A stretch of DNA of 64,000 nucleotides from a virus: IMG/VR virus record IMGVR_UViG_3300021171_000006, positions 1 to 64,000 of that record; one strand, written 5' to 3'. The notes beneath the pieces were generated by a model. It saw nothing but the letters and a program-made list of their open reading frames with translations, was not told the DNA's origin and searched no databases. Below, piece after piece: positions 9,720 through 20,081 of this stretch (position 1 is its first letter; each line of letters begins with the position of its first letter). Position numbers and translations under genes: made by a program.

Positions 9720-11381
9720 ATGGGCCTAGCAGCAGCAATCGGCGGCGGGATCTCCTCAGCCTTGGGGTTGGGGCTTGGCGATTTCGGCGCGGGGATACTC
9801 GGCAGCTCGTTGTTGGGGGCCGGAACCGGCGCTGTGGAAGGCGGGATTACCGGCCAAAACCCGTTGTTGGGAGCCCTGACGGGCGCTGCGACGGGTGGCC
9901 TCACCGCAGGAATAGGACCGTCGATCGGAGCGGATCTCGGGATCGGCGCGACCGGAGGTGAGGCGCTGACAGGAGCCACGCTGGGGGCCGGATCGTCCGC
10001 ACTGACGGGCGGCAACCCGTTGCTGGGGGCGGCAACCGGCGGTGCGGGACCATTGCTTGGCTCTGCGTTCAGTGGTGCCGGAACCGACTCGGCGATTGCC
10101 GCTGGTGGGACTGGCTTGGGGGCCGACCCGACCGGAGACGCAACCGGAATGGGTCCCGGCTTCGGCTTGGATACCACCGGCGGCTTTGGTGGAGCAGGCG
10201 CAAGCACTGGAGGCAGTCCGACCAGCGCGCCCACAGGGTCGTCGTCAGGCTTTCCTTCGGCCTCTAGTTCGCCGTTGACAACCCCGACAGCGACCGCTGC
10301 AGCGGCGCTCCCGGCGTCGAGCGGTCCGGCACCGGTGTTGGGCGCTGGCCCAGGGGCAGCCGGGGCCGCAGCGCCGCCGTCTGTGGCGCTGTCCGATCCG
10401 GCCAGCAGCGGCCTTCTTGGTTTGGGGTCGTCCACCTCAACGGCGTCGTTGCCGGATATGTCGGGCTACACGTTACTGTCAGGGGGGGCCGGGACGCAGG
10501 GTGACAACATCGGCCTCAACCCCACCGTCGGCGGGGGTAACCCGTCTTTCTCCGACATCCTCGGTCCCAACGCCCTGAACAGCAATCCCGCAGCTTACGT
10601 CGCGGCGACGCCATCGCAACAGGTGTCGGCAGACATAGCGGCCGATCCCACAGGAACGGGGGCCTCATCGTCCTCCGGTGGCATAGGGGGGCTTCTTAAA
10701 TCGCTTGGCTTGGGCAGCGGTGGAGGTATTGGCGGAACCGGCATTTCGCCCGGTCTCTTGTTGGGCGGTGGCCTCTTGGGCCTCGATGCGCTCATGCAAC
10801 CGAGCATGCCGAGCATCGCATCGTCAATCGGCCCGATCAAAAGCGCGGCAGGCAATCTCGCCGGTATCGGTTCAAATCTGACGAGCACCGCAATACCGTC
10901 GCTGGAAAGTGCGGCGTCGGGTTTCGCGGCACAGGGGTCGCAACTGGCGAGTTACCTCGGAACCGGAACGTTGCCGCCTGCGGTGCAGGCGGCCCTCAAT
11001 CAGGGAGAGAACGCAGCGAAGGCCGCAGCCTTGTCGAGATACGCGAACATGGGTGGCGGAGCCGAAACATCCTCGGCGGCGGCACAGGACATCGCCAACA
11101 TCACCCAACAGACAGAGGGGCAGGGTGCCAACATCGCGCTCAACCTGTTGCAGCAAGGGACCAGCGAACAGCAGATGGCCGCGTCGATTGCCCAATCCTT
11201 GTTGTCGAGTGGTCTCGGGGCGACCGGCCAATCGGCGAGCCTCTATGGCGATCTGCTCAATGCGACGCTGGCTTCTGACAACGCGCTCGGTGGTGCGATT
11301 TCCAATTTCGCCGCCGGGATGGTCCCCAAGACCTATGTTCCGCTGACGACAGGCAGCACGGCGAACAACGCGACAGCGTAG
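9720..11381 (+). CDS. Internal virion/DNA ejection protein (Gly-rich, pilot-like)
   Basis: Gly-zipper N-terminus, helical C-terminus; position. Confidence 0.6.
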   Translation: MGLAAAIGGGISSALGLGLGDFGAGILGSSLLGAGTGAVEGGITGQNPLLGALTGAATGGLTAGIGPSIGADLGIGATGGEALTGATLGAGSSALTGGNPLLGAATGGAGPLLGSAFSGAGTDSAIAAGGTGLGADPTGDATGMGPGFGLDTTGGFGGAGASTGGSPTSAPTGSSSGFPSASSSPLTTPTATAAAALPASSGPAPVLGAGPGAAGAAAPPSVALSDPASSGLLGLGSSTSTASLPDMSGYTLLSGGAGTQGDNIGLNPTVGGGNPSFSDILGPNALNSNPAAYVAATPSQQVSADIAADPTGTGASSSSGGIGGLLKSLGLGSGGGIGGTGISPGLLLGGGLLGLDALMQPSMPSIASSIGPIKSAAGNLAGIGSNLTSTAIPSLESAASGFAAQGSQLASYLGTGTLPPAVQAALNQGENAAKAAALSRYANMGGGAETSSAAAQDIANITQQTEGQGANIALNLLQQGTSEQQMAASIAQSLLSSGLGATGQSASLYGDLLNATLASDNALGGAISNFAAGMVPKTYVPLTTGSTANNATA

Positions 11382-11382
11382 A

Positions 11383-12684
11383 ATGGCGGACACATCGCTC
11401 TCTCTGGACATAACAGCGCCGGCCCCCAGCGGGAGTGTTGCGGGGACGCAACTCGGCGGGATGCTGGCGGGGACGCAGCAGGATCGCTCCTCCCTACGGG
11501 CGGCTGGTCTCTCTTTCCCGGCTGAACTCTCGTCGATCCGCTCACAGGAAAAGGAGAGGGTCGACGCACTTGGACCTCCGCCACGCCTTACCCCCGAGCA
11601 GATGCAGCAGTATCTCGGGCCGGCACCGAAGCCGCAGACCCAGAGCCTTGTGGAGGAATGGGGTTCCCCGGCGATGATAATGGCGCTTCTCGGGTCGGCC
11701 TTTACCCGTCAGCCGCTGACCAATGCCCTCAACGCCGGCGGCGCAGTGATGAAAGCTTTTCAGCAACGCGACTTCGATGGGGCACGTTCAGCAGCCGCGC
11801 AATGGAAGGAGAACACCGACACCGCGCTCAAGCTGTACGAACTCCAGTCCAAGAGTTATGCCGCAGACATAAAGGCGATCCGCGAGGGGTCGGGTGACGC
11901 GATCAAGGATGCGGTAGCCAATCTTCGGGCGATGTCGGTCGCCTACAATGATCGGCCGCTGATGAACCTGCTTGCGGCCGGACGTTACGATTTAGCGGTC
12001 GATCGAGAAGATCGGCTTGCTAAGTCCGCCGCCGAGTTGCACACGAAGACCGAAATGATCAACGACGGTCTCACGAAACAACACGGCCTTTACGATGCGA
12101 CGACCGCTCTCGGAACCGCCAAGAAGGCGCTTGAGGCCGCGCAAAAGGGCGGCGACCAAGAAACGATCACGGCTGCGCAGACAGCTTACGACAACGCACA
12201 GGCGACCTATCAAAGCGCAGCCGACGATATGAAGGCGTGGGGAGACGCGCAGCAGGCGGCGAAGGGTGGGGCCAAACCACCAACCCGGGCCCAGCAGACC
12301 GACTCGCAGCTTAACGATAAGGCGCGCGCCGATCACGAAGCGCTGAGCAAGGGCGAGAGCGTAACCCACAACGACATCACGATATCGCCGGAGGATTGGG
12401 CGGCGCGCGACGACGCGATAAAATGGGGTCTGCTGTCTCAGCCGAAGCAGCACGCCATCCAGGACTTGATGAAACGTGCCAATATCCCGCAAGCCGCTGT
12501 CGGCGGACAGCCTGCCGCCAAGCCCGGCGGTGCTGCGCCAGCCGCTGGCGCGCCGCCAGCAAAATCGCCCCAGGAAACCCAGGCGCTCATTGCGCACGCT
12601 CGCGAGGCGATTGAAGCCGGGGCGGACCGCGACGCCGTAATAAAGAAATTGCGCGAAATGGGCGTTGATCCGTCGGGCTTGTAA
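11383..12684 (+). CDS. Internal virion/DNA ejection protein
   Basis: Helical and Ala-rich; between pilot-like and giant genes. Confidence 0.6.
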   Translation: MADTSLSLDITAPAPSGSVAGTQLGGMLAGTQQDRSSLRAAGLSFPAELSSIRSQEKERVDALGPPPRLTPEQMQQYLGPAPKPQTQSLVEEWGSPAMIMALLGSAFTRQPLTNALNAGGAVMKAFQQRDFDGARSAAAQWKENTDTALKLYELQSKSYAADIKAIREGSGDAIKDAVANLRAMSVAYNDRPLMNLLAAGRYDLAVDREDRLAKSAAELHTKTEMINDGLTKQHGLYDATTALGTAKKALEAAQKGGDQETITAAQTAYDNAQATYQSAADDMKAWGDAQQAAKGGAKPPTRAQQTDSQLNDKARADHEALSKGESVTHNDITISPEDWAARDDAIKWGLLSQPKQHAIQDLMKRANIPQAAVGGQPAAKPGGAAPAAGAPPAKSPQETQALIAHAREAIEAGADRDAVIKKLREMGVDPSGL

Positions 12685-15600
12685 TGCCGCCGCTCGACAG
12701 CAGCAATCCGTTCGGTGATCTGATTTCAGCCGCAAATGCAGCGAGCCCCCCGCCGCCCGCGCCAGCAACCGGGAATCCCTTTGCTGATCTTATCCCCGCG
12801 AAACCGGCGATCAAGCCGGCAGGGCCGACAGCGACCACCAATCCCTTTGCCGACCTGATCCCGAAACCTCCATCATGGACAGGGGTGGCTCGCGAGGCGG
12901 GCTGGAAGGGTCTTGTCCGGGGCGTCACCGAAACAGCAGAAGCGCCGACAGCGTTTCGCGATAGGCCACCTGAAAAGCCTGATACGTCGCCTGTCGGTCG
13001 TCTCTTGTCGCAGCCGATCAGCCGGGGTTATGCCGATCCGAAATGGTGGATCGCCCACATCGCTCATGGTGCAGCGGCTTCATCGCCGTCTTTGGCCTTG
13101 GGTTTGGGTGGGGCCGCTGCTGGCGGAGCCGTGGGCGGCCCGGTCGGAGGATTGATCGGCGGCGCTGGCGGCTTCGCGACAGGGTCGGCCGCCCAAACGG
13201 TCGCTCCAGCTTATATAAAGGCTCGGCAGGACGGCCTTGATCACGATGCGGCGGTCAAGCGCGCTATGACCGAGACTGGAATTGCCGCGCTGTTTGGGGC
13301 GGCCATGGGAGCGGCGCCAGTTGGCGTTGCTGCGGCTATCGAACGTCCTCTCTCTCGCGCACTCGCCGAAATTTTCGTGGTGCAACCCACGCTCGGCGTT
13401 GGTGAGGCGGCAACGACGGGGGCGGTCGAAGGTAAGATGCCGTCAGCCGATGAATTGGGGACCACCTATGCCGAACAAGCCGGCATGGGCGTCGGCCTGG
13501 TCGGGGCGCATGCGGCGGCGCGAAGGCTTATAGGCAGGGGGCCAAACGAACCATCAGATGAGGCGGTCCCCGAAGCCCCGCCGAAAGATATCGTCCCGCC
13601 GCCTCCGCCACCACCCGCTCCCTCGGCAACGAGACAGGAACCACCGCCGGTACGGGAAGGTCAGGAGCCGGCTCCGGGCCTCGACGCTGAGAAATTGCGA
13701 TCGTTTGGCATCACGCAGCTGAGCGACGGTACGTGGCGGACCCCCGACGGCAAAGCCGTGTGGGATCGCAACGGCAACCCACTCAACCGTACCGCCGAAA
13801 CGTGGACGCCTCCGCCCGTCGCGGAACCCGCCAAGGGCAATGTTCCAGGTGGAACACCGGCGACACCAGAAGCGCCCGCTGCCGCAGAAGCGCGCCCCGA
13901 ACCTCCGATCCCTGCCGCCGTGCCGACGCCAGGGTCTCCGCCTCTCACGGATTACGGGGCTGAGTACGAGGCTAACAGAGCCAGAGTGGCGGCAGCCGAA
14001 CGTGATGAACGCGTTCCACCGGCAACCCCTGACGAAATGTTGGAAATGAATAAACGCGTCAGCGAAGGCGACGTGAACCAAGGGGGTGCGTGGCATCCGA
14101 GTTCGCTGGTCTGGCCGCATGTTGAGCAGGAACAGACGCTTCGCGCTGCCGAGGCGCTTCTTCCTCCGGGGTGGAAGGCAGAGCCGCGGAACTTTGGATC
14201 GACAAACTACGGTGACAATTCGGACAGCCCGGGCAGGCTCCGAGATTCGGGCCGCAATGTCGCGATTATTAACCCAGAGGGCGCGACCGTAGGTCTTATG
14301 CAGAGGCCGGGTGATGTGAGCCGGCCATGGTTTCGTGATGCCGTTAGCGGCAAGGATACGCGCGGCGTCTATCAGGCGGCTACTGAGGCGGGAGAAGCTG
14401 CGGCCGGCGTTCCACCGGGAACCATCAGGCCGCCATTCCCACCCGGTCCGGGAGACCGGATGCCGGCAGCGAACGAGGCGGGGGCCGAATCGGGGACGCC
14501 CACGCCGAACCCCGCGACAGCCAAACGGATGCCGCGATCGACGATCCGCGAGGACACGGCGTTCATCCCGTCTAGCGGCGCATCGTTTCCAATCGAATAC
14601 GCCGTGGTCGAGGCGCGTGACCTGATCCCGTCGCACAACGAAGACCTGTCGCCAAACCCGGCCTTTCCACAAGCGCTACAACCCCGCAGCCGCGAACGGG
14701 CCGAGACCGAGGCCCAGATCAACGCTATCCTCAATGGCGATCCGTCCGACCCGGCAGCGACCTTCCGACCGGAGCTCATGGGCGAGAACCCAGACGCGAC
14801 GAACGGCGCGCCCATCGTAGGATGGGAAGGCTATGTCGAGAGCGGCAACGCCCGAACGATCGCGCTGCGGCGGGCCTATTCCCGCAAGCTGCCCCAAGCG
14901 GAGCGGTATCGCGAGTACCTTGCGGCGCAAGGGTATCCGGTCGAGGGCATGAAGGAACCGGTGCTGGTGCGGATTAACCGGGCGCCCATGAATATGCCAC
15001 AGCGGGAGCAGTTGGCGCGCGATCTCAATGTCGCCCCGCAGGCCACGATGTCGGCAACCGATCGGGCGATGGCTGACGCGGCACAAATTCCGCCCGACCT
15101 GCTGCGGCTCTATGGTGACGGCGATATCTTCTCCGCAGGCAACGCGCCGTTCTGGCGCAGCATCCTGACGCGCATCGCGAAGCCAGCCGAATTACCCGCG
15201 CTCACGGATCCGGAGGGCGGGTTGTCGCCGGCGGGGCAGACCCGATTGCGCAATGCCGTTCTCGCCAAGGCCTACGGGGATCCGCAATTCGTGGCGGCGC
15301 TGGTCGAGGACGCGGACTCGAACATCAAGGCGATTGGGAACGCTCTTCTCGACGCGGCCCCCCGTTGGGCGCAACTGAGGCAGGCCGTCGCCGATGGTCG
15401 AATCGATCCGAGTTTGGACGTGACGTCCTCGGTGATCGAGGCGGTGCGGCTCATCCGTTACGCCCGCGACAGCAAGCGGAACGTTGCCGAGTTCATGAAG
15501 CAGCGAGGCATGTTCGACGATGGCGTGTCGCCAAATACCGAGGGTGTGCTGTCGTGGCTTCTTGGGGCACCGGATTGGACTCGGCGATATTCGCGCGATA

Positions 15601-18600
15601 AGATGTCATTGGCGCTCGGCGAATATGCCGCCAGCGCGATGCGCGAACCCGGCATGCTGGGGACCGCGCCGCTCTCGTCGCAGGAGTTGATCGAAAATGC
15701 CCGACAGCGAGCACAAGGAGCAGCCGGAGACCTATTCTCCCCGGGTCTGGCCGAACCCCCGGGCGCAGGAATTGTTCGGGGAGGCGCTGGCGAAGGTAGG
15801 CCGGGAGACGAAGGACTTTCGGCTGCAGACGCTCGGCGCGCTGCACAAGAAGGCGGCGAAGGCGACGCAAGCCTAACCAAGCCGGCGCGTTCCACAACTG
15901 ACGAAGCCCGCGAATTTGCCTCCAAATATCCGATAGGCCCGGAAGGCACGCATCAGGCGGCGGTCGATTATGTCGTCGATGAGGGGCGTCGTACCGGGCA
16001 TGAGTATTTTGCTGCGGTCGATCACACGACCGACGACATCACGCATGCCGGCACTTCGGAGTCGCCCAGCTGGATCAGGTTCGACAAGTCGCTAATCGAC
16101 CGCCTTTGGGATCCTCGCGAAGAGCCGCTGGCGATCCATCACAATCATCCGCTCGACCTGCCGCTGTCGGCGCCAGATCTCGTCCTGCTCGCGATGCCGG
16201 GAGCGGGAAGTGTTACATCGCACGGCCCGGATGGGAGAGTCAGTTCTGCCGGGTTGACGCTCGACACGCGATGGAGATTGGCCGGGTTAAGCCCGCAAAC
16301 GCGGCAGGGTTGGCTTACCAGCGAGATCGTGAAGGCGACGAACGCCGCCAGGGACGCATTCGCTCCATTGTGGACCCGTGGCATGCTGTCGTCGGATCGC
16401 ACCGACCTATTGATCGCTGAGGGCCGCAATCGCCTTCTTGCAGCCTCCGGGGTGATCGACCATATCAGCAGCACTCCAGTACCGCCGTGGGCCACGCCGC
16501 TATTGGTGAAGGCGCTCACGCAACTGACGCCCGAACTATCCGAGGAAATCGCGCATGTTCGGCTTGATCGATCCACCGGGTTTCACAGCCCCGCTGACGC
16601 AGTGGCAGCAATTTCTCGCGCTCATGTTGCAGCTTCCGCAGGACGACCCGCAGGTGCAGTTGGCGGTGCAGGAGGCGCAGGAGGTCTTGGCGCGCAGGCA
16701 GGGCGAGGAGAGCCATCCAAACCCCCACCCCCCGAACTGAGCGGCATCGACGACGAGAAATCCACTTGGCCTCTCGAAGACCTGTTTGACGACGCCGAGC
16801 GCGAGATCGCGATGGATGCGAGCGGGATCTTCCCGCCTCGTCCGCCTCCTCCACCCGGTTTCACCAAGCGCATGCTGTCGGTCTTCGGGGCAAACCCGGA
16901 TTCGCCGTGGCGGGAGCGCCCGTGGATGCTGCCGTGGGAACGGCTTCTCGGGGCACCATCAAACATGGCGCGCTACAATGTCGGCGGTGTCTCGACGCAG
17001 AAATGGATCGCCGACCGCGCCCGCGATCAGCGGTCAGAGGTGTTGTTCAGCACCTACAAGGAGAGCCTAGCGCCGTTCACCAGCTTGACGGCGGATGAGC
17101 ACCAGAAGATCAATGCGGTGCTGGAAATCCAGCGGTTGAAGGGTGAGGAGCCGCCGCTCGACGGTGCGCCGATTTCCGCCACAAACGACACGCACACCCT
17201 CGCCTACCACTCAAAGCCCGGAGAGACACTCACGCTCGATACGCCGCGCCTGATCGCCGGCTATACGGCTGTACGGAAGACGTTGCGCGGCATCTACAAC
17301 GACTACATCGCCGCCACGGCAAAACGGCACGGATGGGAGGGCGAGCCGACGAGCGCCGCGATCAATGCGAGGGCGGAAGCGGAGAGAGCCTTTGGGCGCC
17401 CCGGAGAAGCGCGGCGGCTTGAATTTGTCGGCAAGATCGTGGGGTTGGCGGAATTCGCCCGCCGCAACGCTTACGTGCCCTTCATGCGGGAGGGGGATTA
17501 CTATTTCCGGGTGAAGCCCAAGACCGGCACCCCAGACAGACCGGGTGTACCGGGGTGGACCGGCGAAGGCTTTGCGCCGACCGTTTGGAACTCGCGCATC
17601 CAGTCGCGCTCAGGTCTCGACAAACTCACCGGACAGCCGATCGGCCCGTCGGCGACGATCAGAGACAACCTCGCCGAGATCCGGAAAACCTTCCCGGAGA
17701 GCCAATACACGATTGAGCACGGCTATTTCAAACCGGAGGAAAACCAGCTTCGCAAAATCGGGATCGAGACGATCGAAGATTTGTTCGACGCGGTAGGCCG
17801 CGATTTCCGGCGGGAATGGCGAGCGCGCGTCAAGGCCTCCGACAATCCCGAAGCCATGCGCAAGGCAGCCGATCAGGAAGAGGCAGAACACCGATTGGCT
17901 GTCGAGACGATCATGAACCAGATTTACGAGCGTCTTAGGGCCGGGTTCAAGCACGAGAGTCTGAATATTCCGGGGTATTCAGAGGATCTGAGCCACAGCA
18001 TCGCCCGGTACACAGTCTGGCTCTCAAACCACATCGCCGATCTTGAGTATCGCCAACGTATCGAGGCGGCCGATCAAGTGGTGGAAAGCTCCCCGGATGC
18101 TGAGACGCGCGGCATGTGGCAGCAGCGTGCGAGGGAGTTAGCTGAACCCCGGCGGGATTACGGGACCCAGCGGTTGCGTAACGCGGCCTTCTATTGGGCG
18201 CTTGGGGGAAACTTCGCCTCGACCATCAAGGTGATGCTGCACGGCCCGATGCTTGGATGGCCGCTGCTCTCGACCGGCGTCGGGAAAGCGCAATCCGCTA
18301 AGGAATATTTCCCGGCGTTCGCGAAACTTCTGAGTACGGTCAGGCTTGATCCGCAGGTCGGGTTTCGGCTCGACCCGCTTTCGCAGGCACGTAACGCTAG
18401 TGAGCGGGCGCTGATAGAGGAGAACCTGAAAAACGGCCGGTTGCACGCAAGCGGAGCCGAGGAGCTTGGGTTCGGCGCGATCCATGAAAAAGGGATGGAG
18501 GGCCTGGAGCCGCGCCACCGGATGCAACGACGCGTATTGAAAATCTGGGGAGCGAATATCGCTGCCGCCGATCAGACGATCCGTGGCGCCCTCCTCTTGT

Positions 18601-19910
18601 CTGCCTACCGGGTAGCGTCAAATCCGGCAACGATGGCCCGGCTTGATCGGATCTGGACGAGAGGCGACGCGCTGTGGCGTGACGCAGACTGGAACAAGGA
18701 GAGACGCGCGATCGACAGCGAGCTCGCGATGCTGCGAGAGGCGCGCGATGCCACCGGTAGCGATATACAAGACGACCGGATCACCGAGTTGGCCGAACGC
18801 CGCCGCGAGATCGAACGGCAGATGCCGGCCCGGTTCGCCGAATTCATCACCGACCGTGGAGCTGGGATCTGGGGGTCGGCGAATCGGCCTGAATTCGCGC
18901 GCCATCCTGCCGGGGGCCTCTTTTATCAGTTCCGGAATTACGAACTGAATTACCTATCCACGTTCCATCAGCTGATGTGGCACATGGGTCCGGAGGGAAA
19001 GCACGCGGCCCTTCTGATGCTGGCAAGCCTTGGACTGATGGCCGGCGCTGGCGGCATTCCATTCGCCCAGGACATCGAGGGGGCCAGCGAGTGGATCTAT
19101 AAATTCATAACCGGAATCGACCCGAACCTGAACGAACGCTTCCTTAGATGGATGGAAACCGACCCCTTGGGTTTGGGGAAGGATTTCGGCAAATACGTGC
19201 TCTACGGCGTGCCGGGGCAGATGCCGCACGGGGTGGCCATTGGACAGGGATTGTCGTTCGGCGATCTGATCAGCCGAAACGCCCGCTCGGTGCTCGACGT
19301 CGCTCCATCATTGTCGATCTTCGCCGGCGGTCTACAGCACGCGGCTGAGCGTTACCGGGGAGAGAATCCGACGGGCGACCTCACGGCTCCGGACGTGGCA
19401 AAATGGCTGTCGGTCGGCGGCGAGGTTATGCCGAACGCCATCAAGAACCTGGTCAAGGCGTATGGCGTCTACCCCGAAGAGGGTGTCCGCACGATGGCCG
19501 GCAAGACCGTGGTGCCGCCATGGCAGGTCACGGCGGAAGACAAATTGGCGCGCGCGGTGGGTCTGACCTCGGGTCATATCGAGAAGGTGTACCAGGAGTG
19601 GGAGCGGGATTACCGGCTGGGCGAAGCGTCCAACGCGAAGTCTGCCGCGCTGAACAAGCACCTCGCGTCTCTGGCAACGGACATGGTGAACGCAGAGCAT
19701 CGTGGCGACAAGGCGGCGGCGAAGGCGGCCGAGGATGAGGCGACCAGAATTGCTACGGCAGCCGGCGGAGATCCGAAAGCGCACGCCAGGGTATTCCGCG
19801 ATGCTGTCAAGGCCGCGCAAGACCCGATGCAGGGCCGGCTGCGGCACCTTCCGAAGGCCGTTCGGGGAGAGGCGGCAAAACCGCTGTTCATAGAACCGGG
19901 CGCACCGTAA
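12684..19910 (+). CDS. Large polyvalent ejection protein (DdrB-like ParB, JAB/MPN-like and PLxRFG-like domains)
   Basis: YAVVEARDLIPSH..LQPRSR..GAPIV..VESGNART; GHE...HHNHP..LSAPDL; YVPFMREGDY. Confidence 0.75.
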   Translation: MPPLDSSNPFGDLISAANAASPPPPAPATGNPFADLIPAKPAIKPAGPTATTNPFADLIPKPPSWTGVAREAGWKGLVRGVTETAEAPTAFRDRPPEKPDTSPVGRLLSQPISRGYADPKWWIAHIAHGAAASSPSLALGLGGAAAGGAVGGPVGGLIGGAGGFATGSAAQTVAPAYIKARQDGLDHDAAVKRAMTETGIAALFGAAMGAAPVGVAAAIERPLSRALAEIFVVQPTLGVGEAATTGAVEGKMPSADELGTTYAEQAGMGVGLVGAHAAARRLIGRGPNEPSDEAVPEAPPKDIVPPPPPPPAPSATRQEPPPVREGQEPAPGLDAEKLRSFGITQLSDGTWRTPDGKAVWDRNGNPLNRTAETWTPPPVAEPAKGNVPGGTPATPEAPAAAEARPEPPIPAAVPTPGSPPLTDYGAEYEANRARVAAAERDERVPPATPDEMLEMNKRVSEGDVNQGGAWHPSSLVWPHVEQEQTLRAAEALLPPGWKAEPRNFGSTNYGDNSDSPGRLRDSGRNVAIINPEGATVGLMQRPGDVSRPWFRDAVSGKDTRGVYQAATEAGEAAAGVPPGTIRPPFPPGPGDRMPAANEAGAESGTPTPNPATAKRMPRSTIREDTAFIPSSGASFPIEYAVVEARDLIPSHNEDLSPNPAFPQALQPRSRERAETEAQINAILNGDPSDPAATFRPELMGENPDATNGAPIVGWEGYVESGNARTIALRRAYSRKLPQAERYREYLAAQGYPVEGMKEPVLVRINRAPMNMPQREQLARDLNVAPQATMSATDRAMADAAQIPPDLLRLYGDGDIFSAGNAPFWRSILTRIAKPAELPALTDPEGGLSPAGQTRLRNAVLAKAYGDPQFVAALVEDADSNIKAIGNALLDAAPRWAQLRQAVADGRIDPSLDVTSSVIEAVRLIRYARDSKRNVAEFMKQRGMFDDGVSPNTEGVLSWLLGAPDWTRRYSRDKMSLALGEYAASAMREPGMLGTAPLSSQELIENARQRAQGAAGDLFSPGLAEPPGAGIVRGGAGEGRPGDEGLSAADARRAAQEGGEGDASLTKPARSTTDEAREFASKYPIGPEGTHQAAVDYVVDEGRRTGHEYFAAVDHTTDDITHAGTSESPSWIRFDKSLIDRLWDPREEPLAIHHNHPLDLPLSAPDLVLLAMPGAGSVTSHGPDGRVSSAGLTLDTRWRLAGLSPQTRQGWLTSEIVKATNAARDAFAPLWTRGMLSSDRTDLLIAEGRNRLLAASGVIDHISSTPVPPWATPLLVKALTQLTPELSEEIAHVRLDRSTGFHSPADAVAAISRAHVAASAGRPAGAVGGAGGAGGLGAQAGRGEPSKPPPPELSGIDDEKSTWPLEDLFDDAEREIAMDASGIFPPRPPPPPGFTKRMLSVFGANPDSPWRERPWMLPWERLLGAPSNMARYNVGGVSTQKWIADRARDQRSEVLFSTYKESLAPFTSLTADEHQKINAVLEIQRLKGEEPPLDGAPISATNDTHTLAYHSKPGETLTLDTPRLIAGYTAVRKTLRGIYNDYIAATAKRHGWEGEPTSAAINARAEAERAFGRPGEARRLEFVGKIVGLAEFARRNAYVPFMREGDYYFRVKPKTGTPDRPGVPGWTGEGFAPTVWNSRIQSRSGLDKLTGQPIGPSATIRDNLAEIRKTFPESQYTIEHGYFKPEENQLRKIGIETIEDLFDAVGRDFRREWRARVKASDNPEAMRKAADQEEAEHRLAVETIMNQIYERLRAGFKHESLNIPGYSEDLSHSIARYTVWLSNHIADLEYRQRIEAADQVVESSPDAETRGMWQQRARELAEPRRDYGTQRLRNAAFYWALGGNFASTIKVMLHGPMLGWPLLSTGVGKAQSAKEYFPAFAKLLSTVRLDPQVGFRLDPLSQARNASERALIEENLKNGRLHASGAEELGFGAIHEKGMEGLEPRHRMQRRVLKIWGANIAAADQTIRGALLLSAYRVASNPATMARLDRIWTRGDALWRDADWNKERRAIDSELAMLREARDATGSDIQDDRITELAERRREIERQMPARFAEFITDRGAGIWGSANRPEFARHPAGGLFYQFRNYELNYLSTFHQLMWHMGPEGKHAALLMLASLGLMAGAGGIPFAQDIEGASEWIYKFITGIDPNLNERFLRWMETDPLGLGKDFGKYVLYGVPGQMPHGVAIGQGLSFGDLISRNARSVLDVAPSLSIFAGGLQHAAERYRGENPTGDLTAPDVAKWLSVGGEVMPNAIKNLVKAYGVYPEEGVRTMAGKTVVPPWQVTAEDKLARAVGLTSGHIEKVYQEWERDYRLGEASNAKSAALNKHLASLATDMVNAEHRGDKAAAKAAEDEATRIATAAGGDPKAHARVFRDAVKAAQDPMQGRLRHLPKAVRGEAAKPLFIEPGAP
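15697..15876 (+). CDS. Nested 59-aa gene in +1 frame of the giant gene
   Basis: AGGAG at 15682-15686; GC-rich third codon positions while the host frame is a low-complexity linker. Confidence 0.5.
   Translation: MPDSEHKEQPETYSPRVWPNPRAQELFGEALAKVGRETKDFRLQTLGALHKKAAKATQA
16555..16740 (+). CDS. Nested 61-aa gene in +1 frame of the giant gene (putative immunity protein)
   Basis: GAGGA RBS; amphipathic helical product; host frame is a G/A-rich linker after the JAB-like domain. Confidence 0.55.
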   Translation: MFGLIDPPGFTAPLTQWQQFLALMLQLPQDDPQVQLAVQEAQEVLARRQGEESHPNPHPPN

Positions 19911-19918
19911 AAATCGGC

Positions 19919-19948
19919 CTTGTCATCGAAGCTGGCGACGGCTATATC
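19919..19948 (+). promoter_or_regulatory. Sigma70 promoter of the tRNA operon
   Basis: CTTGTC-N17-CTATAT; expected start site coincides with ATG 19955. Confidence 0.7.
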
Positions 19949-19954
19949 ATCGTC

Positions 19955-20053
19955 ATGTTCTGGTCATCCATCCTGTCGACAACGCCGCGAGCCGATTGCC
20001 TCGGGCATATGCAGCCCGAAAATCGGTATTCGGGAGGGGTTCGGCTCGGATAG
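19955..20053 (+). CDS. Leaderless 32-aa attenuator leader peptide MFWSSILSTTPRADCLGHMQPENRYSGGVRLG
   Basis: 19 amino acids and 26 distinct codons; last codons overlap the antiterminator strand. Confidence 0.65.
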   Translation: MFWSSILSTTPRADCLGHMQPENRYSGGVRLG

Positions 20054-20081
20054 ACCGAGCGCAAGGTCCAAACGGACACCG

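Noticed and set aside
13840-14049. Third nested +1 ORF in the giant gene
   Set aside because: Weak RBS and Arg-rich shadow composition, unlike the two accepted nested ORFs.
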